Positions 57,328 to 64,000 of a stretch of DNA of 64,000 nucleotides are shown piece after piece (position 1 is the stretch's first letter; each line of letters opens with the position of its first letter). Position numbers and translations under genes: made by a program. Source of the stretch: Candidatus Latescibacterota bacterium (GTDB lineage Bacteria; Latescibacterota; UBA2968; UBA8231). Below the pieces are notes generated by a model that saw only the letters and a list, made by a program, of their open reading frames with translations, ran no database searches and had not been told where the DNA came from. Where the stretch lies: assembly GCA_965204725.1 (NCBI GenBank), contig OZ242005.1, positions 2,400,001-2,464,000 on the forward strand, read 5' to 3'.

Positions 57328-59523
57328 ATGACCATTGAGACCCGCTTCGACATCCCGCTGGTTGCGGCCCTCGCCCTCCGAGAAAAGCAAATTCAGCAGC
57401 ATTACCGCCCCATCATCGCCGTCCACAAATGGTTTGCCCGGCGGCCGGGGACGCTTTTCCGCGCACTGACCTTAGCCGAATTTGGCGATGCCCCCCTCGC
57501 GGACCTGTTCTTTACCGCCAACGAATTTCGCGGTCGGAAGGTAGCCGATCCCTTCATGGGCGGTGGCACCCCGCTCATTGAGGCCAACCGCGTCGGCTGC
57601 GATGTAACCGGCTTTGATATCAACCCCATGGCTTGGTGGATTGTCCGCGAAGCGATCGAACATATTGACCTAGCTGTTTACGAGCGCACCGTCAGCGAGC
57701 TGATCGCCGCGCTCCACGCTGAGATCGGTCCTCTCTACCGCACTGACTGCCCTATATACGGCGACGAGAACGTGCCCGTAAAATACTTCCTTTGGGTCAA
57801 GGTGCTCGACTGTGCGGCCTGCGGCACTCAGTTTGACCTTTTCCCCGGCTACCTGCTCTCCGAGGACGCACGCCACCCGAAAAACGTTCTGGTCTGCGCC
57901 GATTGTGGTGAACTGAACGAAGTGGCCGACCGCAAAACTCCCGGACATTGCCAGAACTGTCGCGCCGGGCTGCGCTTGCAAGGTCCGGCTAGCCGCAGCC
58001 GTTGCGCCTGCCCGCACTGTGGTTGCGTCAATAGCTATCCGCGTGGGGAGTGTGGGCCGCCTCAGCACCGCCTATTTGCCATCGAGTACTACAATCCTGA
58101 GCATAAGGCAACGCACAAAGGTCGGTTTTTCAAAAAACCGGATGCCAAGGATCTCGCCCACTTCCAAGCGGCTGAGAATCGCTGGCATGACCAAGCGGCG
58201 CAGTTTGCCCCAACTCAAGAAATTCTCCCCGGCGATGAAACAAACCGCCTGCACCGCTGGGGCTACACCCAGTACCGACAGATGTTCAATGCGCGGCAAC
58301 TCCTCGGGCTAGAACTAAGCTGTCGCCTCATATCTGCGATCGACGACGAGCGCGTCCGCCGCGCCTTGGCGACCAATTTTTCAGACCTGCTGCGCTATCA
58401 GAACATGCTCTGCCGCTACAACACTTGGGCACTCAAATCCCTCGATATCTTCTCGGTGCATGGGTTCCCGGTGGGCTTAATCCAGTGCGAGTCCAACTTG
58501 TTTGGGATCCGCAACGGCAAAGGAGCGAACATCGGCTCCGGCGGCTGGCACAACATCGCCGCCAAGTACGCGAAGGCCAAGCGGTATTGCGACGAGCCGT
58601 TTGAGGTCTGCCGCAACGGGACCCGCAAATACGTCGTGCCTGTCAAAGGCGAGTGGATCGGCGAGCACCGCACCGGCAAACGCCCGCGCAATGTCGCGGT
58701 TCGCTGCGCGAGCGCCACGGCCGAATCGCTCGCGCCGGGCACCCTCGACGCCGTATTTACCGACCCGCCGTACTTCGGCAATGTCCAGTACGGTGAATTG
58801 ATGGATTTCTGCTATGCGTGGTTGCGCCGCCTCATAGGAGATCGGGCCGAAGGCTTCCGCCGTACTTCTACCCGCTCTCCTCTTGAACTAACTGGCAACG
58901 CAACCCAAGACCGGGGTCTCGAACAATTTGCCGCTGGCCTCTCCGAGGTCTATCAACGGATGGCCCGCGCCCTGAAACCGGGTGCCCCCCTCGTTTTTAC
59001 CTATCACCACAACAAAATCGGGGTGTACCATGCGGCTGGCGTCGCCATTCTCGACGCCGGGCTAACCTGTTCGGCCACCCTCTCTTGCCCTGCGGAAATG
59101 GCTGGTTCCATCCACATCCACGGCACGGCCTCATCCATCGTTGATACCGTTTTTGTCTGCCGCTCAACGGGCACCATTCCGCGCCAATGGCTTTTTGAGA
59201 CGCCGGAGGAGCTCGTCGCTATTGTCGCTGAAGATCGAGAGCAACTTGGTGCCGCCGGATACAAGCCCACGCTCGGCGATATCCGCTGCATCGTCTTTGG
59301 GCATCTAACCCGAATGGCCATCTGGAATCTACGTCGAGAATGGTGTGCCAAGCGTCCTACGTCGGAAAAGTTGCACCGCTTCGCCGAGGCAGTGTCCGCC
59401 CTCGGCGATCCCGACCGCATAAGCGAAATCCTCGCTACTAAAAAACCCACACTGTCTGCTGCCGGGCCGCTGTTTGCAGGTGGCAACCTCGTAGAGAGCA
59501 AGCACGATGCCGTTTGCTTTTGA
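57328..59523 (+). CDS. DNA amino-methyltransferase (DUF1156-like) with Zn-ribbon insertion
   Basis: 'HKWFARRP', motif I 'DPFMGGGT', motif IV 'TDPPY', four CxxC pairs. Confidence 0.88.
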   Translation: MTIETRFDIPLVAALALREKQIQQHYRPIIAVHKWFARRPGTLFRALTLAEFGDAPLADLFFTANEFRGRKVADPFMGGGTPLIEANRVGCDVTGFDINPMAWWIVREAIEHIDLAVYERTVSELIAALHAEIGPLYRTDCPIYGDENVPVKYFLWVKVLDCAACGTQFDLFPGYLLSEDARHPKNVLVCADCGELNEVADRKTPGHCQNCRAGLRLQGPASRSRCACPHCGCVNSYPRGECGPPQHRLFAIEYYNPEHKATHKGRFFKKPDAKDLAHFQAAENRWHDQAAQFAPTQEILPGDETNRLHRWGYTQYRQMFNARQLLGLELSCRLISAIDDERVRRALATNFSDLLRYQNMLCRYNTWALKSLDIFSVHGFPVGLIQCESNLFGIRNGKGANIGSGGWHNIAAKYAKAKRYCDEPFEVCRNGTRKYVVPVKGEWIGEHRTGKRPRNVAVRCASATAESLAPGTLDAVFTDPPYFGNVQYGELMDFCYAWLRRLIGDRAEGFRRTSTRSPLELTGNATQDRGLEQFAAGLSEVYQRMARALKPGAPLVFTYHHNKIGVYHAAGVAILDAGLTCSATLSCPAEMAGSIHIHGTASSIVDTVFVCRSTGTIPRQWLFETPEELVAIVAEDREQLGAAGYKPTLGDIRCIVFGHLTRMAIWNLRREWCAKRPTSEKLHRFAEAVSALGDPDRISEILATKKPTLSAAGPLFAGGNLVESKHDAVCF

Positions 59524-60538
59524 GGATACTTTTACAGAGGTACAGGCGAACCTCGACGTGTATGTCGATGAGGTGTTCGCCTGTCTGGAGTCGGAGTTTC
59601 TGGTCATGCCCAGAGGACCCGATTTCGTCGAATACTCCACCTTCGCGAGCGGGTACGAGGCCCTGAAACGGGCTACTACCGGCTTTCGGGACGCAACTCC
59701 AGAAACCGTCGCGCCAGTCGTATTCAGGCTGCCGATTGCGCTGATCGTTCTTCGCTGCATGTTGGGGTTCACGCCGCCGGAATGGGCTTACTATGCCACG
59801 CAAGAGACCGACGTGAAGATCCCACTAGGGGCTGTGCGGGCTCTCGATCGGCAAATCCGCAAGGATCCGAAAAAGCCGCTCAACCGGAACGGCGGGACCA
59901 CCGAGCAGCGCGTCCATGCTCTGATTACCGCCGCCTGCCAAATCCTCAATGAGGGAGCCCCTACTGTTGCACCCGACAAGCTCCACCGGCTCGATAAAGC
60001 CGACACCGCTGAAGGTCTCATCGGTATGCAATCCCTAGCGGACCGGGGCGTTCCCTATGCCATGTTGCTCTATGAACGCTTTCTGGGGCGTCCTTTTGCC
60101 GGACACCGGGATTCGGTCAGTGAGTTGGTCGGCGATCTCGTCGAAAACGCGATAGAAGAAGTGCTCCATCGCGCCGGCATTAGTTTCCGCAAAACCGGAC
60201 GCGCTGAGCGCATACCCGGCTTCGACCAAGCCCCCGACTTTATTGTCCCTGACGAGTTCAACCCCCAAATCATTATCGAGGCCAAGCTCACCGAGGACGA
60301 TGGCACCGCCCGCGACAAGATAACGCGCATCCAACATCTCGCTGAACTCGCCGTGAAGGACCAGCCAGCCGATCAGCCCAAATTTGAGGTGGTTGCTTGT
60401 ATTGCGGGGCGCGGCTTCAAGGTGCGCCGCGAGGATATGAAGAAGTTGCTAATAGCTACGCGAGGCAAAGTGTTCACCTTGCAAAATCTACAACAACTCG
60501 TCGAATGCACCGGCCTACAGGAGTTTCGCTCCCAATGA
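59507..60538 (+). CDS. Putative type II restriction endonuclease (PD-(D/E)XK)
   Basis: 'APDFIVP...IIEAK'; overlaps the MTase stop by 17 nt. Confidence 0.7.
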   Translation: MPFAFEDTFTEVQANLDVYVDEVFACLESEFLVMPRGPDFVEYSTFASGYEALKRATTGFRDATPETVAPVVFRLPIALIVLRCMLGFTPPEWAYYATQETDVKIPLGAVRALDRQIRKDPKKPLNRNGGTTEQRVHALITAACQILNEGAPTVAPDKLHRLDKADTAEGLIGMQSLADRGVPYAMLLYERFLGRPFAGHRDSVSELVGDLVENAIEEVLHRAGISFRKTGRAERIPGFDQAPDFIVPDEFNPQIIIEAKLTEDDGTARDKITRIQHLAELAVKDQPADQPKFEVVACIAGRGFKVRREDMKKLLIATRGKVFTLQNLQQLVECTGLQEFRSQ

Positions 60539-60593
60539 GCCGACGACGAAATTCTTTAATATGTCCTATCCGCAATGTGCGGCACCGTTGCCT

Positions 60594-60992
60594 CTAAGGC
60601 ATCTCGCGTTCGTCAAAGTTTTCTGGGGACACTTCTTCTTTGCTGAGCACTTCTACGAGGTGGTAGGCGTACCGTCCTACATCTTGGATATCCGCTCCCC
60701 GGTCCACCAGCCGCACTTTCAGCGTATAGATAAACCCCTCTGCAAAGTCAAATCCTTCTATGCTTTCATAGAACAATTCCCACGTTTGCAGATCGTCGTT
60801 GTATATGAGGAAACATTCCTGCTCGATAAACCCCTGACAGGTTTGGGTATAAGGGCCTATGGTGATAACCTGTGTTTGCTCGGCGGAGCGTACGCCGTTG
60901 TCGCAACCCACCAACACCAGCAAGACGAGGGCTAGGCAAGATGTAAAAGCCCCTTGACAACGAGGCGTTCTGACAACAAAAGCTCTATACAT
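60594..60992 (-). CDS. DUF4377-like lipoprotein
   Basis: Lipobox LVGC, 'C..G...C', 'FYESIEGFDFAEGFIYTLKV', 'YHLVEVLSK'. Confidence 0.75.
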   Translation of the reverse strand: MYRAFVVRTPRCQGAFTSCLALVLLVLVGCDNGVRSAEQTQVITIGPYTQTCQGFIEQECFLIYNDDLQTWELFYESIEGFDFAEGFIYTLKVRLVDRGADIQDVGRYAYHLVEVLSKEEVSPENFDEREMP

Positions 60993-61155
60993 CGTCGCCT
61001 CCTTTGACCTAGACCAGCCGGCCGTTTTGCAAGTCCAGCGGCAAGACTCGTGGGCCGGTGTAGCGCAGAATTTATAGGATTCTAGAGGTCCAGCGCGGAA
61101 TCATAACCTTGCAAAATTAAAGTGGGGCTTTAAAAAAACAAGGATGGGTGCGCGT

Positions 61156-62082
61156 TCAGGGTATTCGCAAGCTGCCCACCAGCGAGGCGAGGCGGTCGAT
61201 GCCGCGCTCGGCGCAATAGGCGTGGAGGCCCTCGACGATTTCGACGCCGGCGTTGGGGTTGGTGAAACTGGCCGTGCCGACTTGGACGGCGCAAGCACCG
61301 GCAACCATAAACTCTAGGGCGTCGCACGCAGTGGCGATTCCGCCGATGCCCATAACCGGCACGGCGACCGCTTGGGCCACCTTCCACACCATGGCGAGGG
61401 CTACGGGCTTGATCGCCGGGCCGGACAAGCCGCCGGTAATGCCGCCCAAGACCGGCCGCCGCCGCTCCACGTCAATGGCCATGCCAACGAGCGTATTGAT
61501 CAGGGAGACCGCATCCGCACCCGCATCCACTACGGCGCGGGCAATTTCGGCAATATCCGCGACATTGGGCGTCAGCTTGGCGATGACCGGCCGCTGCGTA
61601 CGGGCGCGGACCGCGGCAATGGCAGCGGCCGCCGTCTGGGGCCGAGTGGCAAAATTGTCGCCCCCGGCCTCGACATTGGGACAGGATATATTGACTTCGA
61701 GCGCGGCAATGCCTTCCAACGCTTCGAGCCGCGCCGCCATCTGCCCGAACTCCTCGACCGCGAATCCGGCGATGTTCACCACGACCTGCGCGTCCAAACC
61801 GGCCAACAAGGGCCATTGCTCCCGGGCGAAAGCCGCCAGCCCGGGGTTTTGCAAGCCAATGGAGTTGAGCAGCCCGGCCGGCGTCTCGACGATGCGCTGA
61901 GGAGGGTTGCCGCCCCGAGGCTGCGGAGTAATGGTTTTGGTGACCAGCCCACCCAAGCGGGCAAAATCGGTCAGCGGCAAAAGCTCCTGACCGTAGTTGC
62001 ACGTGCCCGAGGCCAACAGCACCGGGTTCCGCAGTCGCACACCGGCAAAGTCTAGGCTCAGGTCGGCCACGCGCTGCCCCAT
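61156..62082 (-). CDS. pyrD: Dihydroorotate dehydrogenase B, catalytic subunit
   Basis: 'NPVLLASGT', 'LNSIGLQNPG', 'EVNISCPNV', 'KLTPNV', 'GGLSGPAIKP'. Start is 62082 (ATG) or 62070 (GTG). Confidence 0.95.
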   Translation of the reverse strand: MGQRVADLSLDFAGVRLRNPVLLASGTCNYGQELLPLTDFARLGGLVTKTITPQPRGGNPPQRIVETPAGLLNSIGLQNPGLAAFAREQWPLLAGLDAQVVVNIAGFAVEEFGQMAARLEALEGIAALEVNISCPNVEAGGDNFATRPQTAAAAIAAVRARTQRPVIAKLTPNVADIAEIARAVVDAGADAVSLINTLVGMAIDVERRRPVLGGITGGLSGPAIKPVALAMVWKVAQAVAVPVMGIGGIATACDALEFMVAGACAVQVGTASFTNPNAGVEIVEGLHAYCAERGIDRLASLVGSLRIP

Positions 62083-62870
62083 TGTATCTGCCGCGCATCG
62101 AACGCCGGCCCATCCACGCAGACGCGGCCATAGCGGCCGTAGTCGGGGGCGTCTTGGCCCGTCTTGAGCGCAACGGCGCAGCCCACGCAGATGCCAATGC
62201 CACACGCCATGTACTCTTCGAGGGAAACCTGACACGGCACTTGGGCCGCCAAGCAGATAGCGGCCACGGCCTGCATCATCCCGTGCGGGCCACAGCAATA
62301 GACCGCGCACGGCCCGTTTGCAGTTAGCTCGTGCTGCAACAAATCGGTGACCAAGCCGGCGTGGCCGAGGCTGCCATCGTCGGTAGCGCAGCGCACCACA
62401 TCCGCAGCCGGCGCGAGCAATTCGCTGGGCAGGTGCTTGTCCGCCGTCCGCGCCCCGACCAACAGCGCAGTCGGGTGCGCCCGCTGCCTCAGCGTCAGTC
62501 CCCAGTACAGCAGCGGCGGTACGCCGATGCCGCCCCCGACCAATACGACGCGCACCTCTTCGGGCGGCGGCGCGAACCCCTTGCCCAACGGGCCGAGGGT
62601 CGGCACGAGTGCGCCCGGCCCAAGTTGACTCAGCACTCGCGTCTTAGGCCCGACCTCCTCGAACAATACCTCAATGATACCGGCCTGGCGATCTACGCCG
62701 CTCACGCTCAGGGGAATGCGCAACAAGGGCGCGACCCCCGCGCCGACTTGGATGTTGACGAACTGACCCGGCTCAATGCGGGCGGCAATGTGGGGTGCGT
62801 TGAGACGCGCCCAATAAAAGTCCGCCGCGACTTCGCGGTTGCTCAACAGGCGCGCTTGCTCGTCGATCAC
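62058..62870 (-). CDS. pyrK: Dihydroorotate dehydrogenase electron-transfer subunit
   Basis: 'PGQFVNI', 'GPLGKGF', 'GGGIGVPP', 'TDDGS', 'MACGIGICVGC...VCVDGPAF'. GTG start overlaps the upstream TGA. Confidence 0.93.
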   Translation of the reverse strand: MIDEQARLLSNREVAADFYWARLNAPHIAARIEPGQFVNIQVGAGVAPLLRIPLSVSGVDRQAGIIEVLFEEVGPKTRVLSQLGPGALVPTLGPLGKGFAPPPEEVRVVLVGGGIGVPPLLYWGLTLRQRAHPTALLVGARTADKHLPSELLAPAADVVRCATDDGSLGHAGLVTDLLQHELTANGPCAVYCCGPHGMMQAVAAICLAAQVPCQVSLEEYMACGIGICVGCAVALKTGQDAPDYGRYGRVCVDGPAFDARQIQWGSAWPT

Positions 62871-64000
62871 GGCTCTTCCCCTGCTTCTTGCGGTACGCCA
62901 AACGGCACGGCCAACTCGACCCAAGACTTGATCTCCGCGCCGTTGCGGCGCACCGCCGGATAGAAGCGATAGCCATAAGCGGCTGCGACCGCACGCTCCA
63001 CAAACGGGGGATCGCCGCGAAAGACTTCCACTTGCTCGGGCCGCCCTTCGCGGTCGATTAGCACGTCGAGCAATACCTCGGCCGAATCCTCGGCGGCCGC
63101 TGGATAAACGGGTCGCACCATCTGCCGGACTAGCGGCCAGTCGCTCAGCGACAGGTCGCCCTCCTTCCATCCGAGCTCGTCGGGGGGGAGCGATAACTCG
63201 AGCGCGATCATCGCCCTTATGTCCAAGTCCTCGCCGCCCTCTCTCGCCTGAAAATCCGGGTGCTTCTCCATTAGGAAGCGAATTTGCGGGCTGTTGCGAT
63301 CGCGTCGTGCGACCTCCCGCAGGTAGTGGTTGGCCGAGTCCTCCACGCCTTGCTCGGTAAAGGAATGCCAGAGCCGGTAGTAGAGGTTGAGGTTCCGCTT
63401 GTCAAAGGACAGCGCTCGGCGGTAAAAATCGAGGGCGTCGTTGGCATAGCCCTCCTCCGAGTTGATGTTGCCGAGTTGATACAGGGCGCGCGGGTTGGCG
63501 ACCTGCTGGTCGATGCTGCGCTCGTAAAAATCGCGGGCTAGCGCCACGTCCCCGCGCCGCTGGGCGCGCTCGGCAAAGCCGATGTATTTGCGCGCCAAGG
63601 CCACGGTGTCGAGCGTGTCTGGCTCCAAGGCGAGCAGCTCGATTCGCTCCCCCGGGGCGAGCTGGCCGCCGACCGCCTTCAGGCTGCGCTCCAGCTTGTC
63701 GATGAGCTTTTCCTCGCGCACTTCCCACCGCTGCTGGGCCAGCTTGCCAAACCGCGTCTCGGCGAACTCGTCGCGCAACAATTGATAGCGCTCCTCGGCG
63801 GCGGATGTGTCCCCGACGACATTCTCGTAAAGATGGGCCGTCAAAAAGGCCGCTTGCCCCCCAGTATGCGTACCGGCGAAGGCCCGGCTCAAGCTGTCCA
63901 ACCGGGGGATGTACGCCGCGGTATTGGCCGGCTGCGCTAGGCGCAAGGTCTCGATGCGGGCGAACTCGCGCGCCGCGAGCTCCTCGGCTGTGGCCTCGGA
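62867..64000 (-). CDS. TPR protein with C-terminal TonB_C-like domain; 5'-truncated
   Basis: TPRs ('ALYQLGNINSEEGYANDALDFYRRAL'), then 'RPVYP...VLLDVLIDREGRPEQVEV...RFYPA'. The frame is open to the window end. Confidence 0.7.
   Translation of the reverse strand, partial: SEATAEELAAREFARIETLRLAQPANTAAYIPRLDSLSRAFAGTHTGGQAAFLTAHLYENVVGDTSAAEERYQLLRDEFAETRFGKLAQQRWEVREEKLIDKLERSLKAVGGQLAPGERIELLALEPDTLDTVALARKYIGFAERAQRRGDVALARDFYERSIDQQVANPRALYQLGNINSEEGYANDALDFYRRALSFDKRNLNLYYRLWHSFTEQGVEDSANHYLREVARRDRNSPQIRFLMEKHPDFQAREGGEDLDIRAMIALELSLPPDELGWKEGDLSLSDWPLVRQMVRPVYPAAAEDSAEVLLDVLIDREGRPEQVEVFRGDPPFVERAVAAAYGYRFYPAVRRNGAEIKSWVELAVPFGVPQEAGEEP

Overview
GC-rich bacterial window. The gene content (FTPNGDG/FlgD-Ig C-terminal proteins, C-terminal SWxRIK-motif proteins, DUF6785-like membrane proteins, TPR-fused GT-C glycosyltransferases) resembles FCB-group candidate phyla such as Latescibacterota; this is inference. 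Bases 1-41.1 kb hold two diverged copies of one uncharacterised envelope module. Each copy has a 310-aa acidic secreted protein followed by a hairpin terminator, one each of three subtypes of large secreted proteins ending in an FTPNGDG/FlgD domain and -V(A/V)Y, and one or two ~900-aa putative outer-membrane barrel proteins with Ca-binding-like loops. Each copy is also linked to a SurA/PrsA-like PPIase and a GT-C+TPR glycosyltransferase. Between the copies lie two DUF6785-like membrane proteins, a MazG-like gene, an FGE-domain gene, a TMTC-like gene and an Rpn nuclease with an internal RBS/ATG and a consensus sigma-54 promoter. Bases 41.2-50.5 kb are a four-gene putative defence operon: HamA-like nuclease, chimeric SNF2 helicase, sacsin-type ATPase with a degenerate HNH/Zn domain, and a Schlafen/AlbA_2 protein. 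The rest is housekeeping (MFS-HEAT, GT2, HIT, a solitary rplC, GT9, pcm, pyrK-pyrD) plus a type II-like RM pair. CCWGG sites look strongly depleted across the window in favour of their C-to-T products. No rRNA, tRNA, CRISPR array or integrase was recognised. All family calls come from reading motifs, not from database searches.
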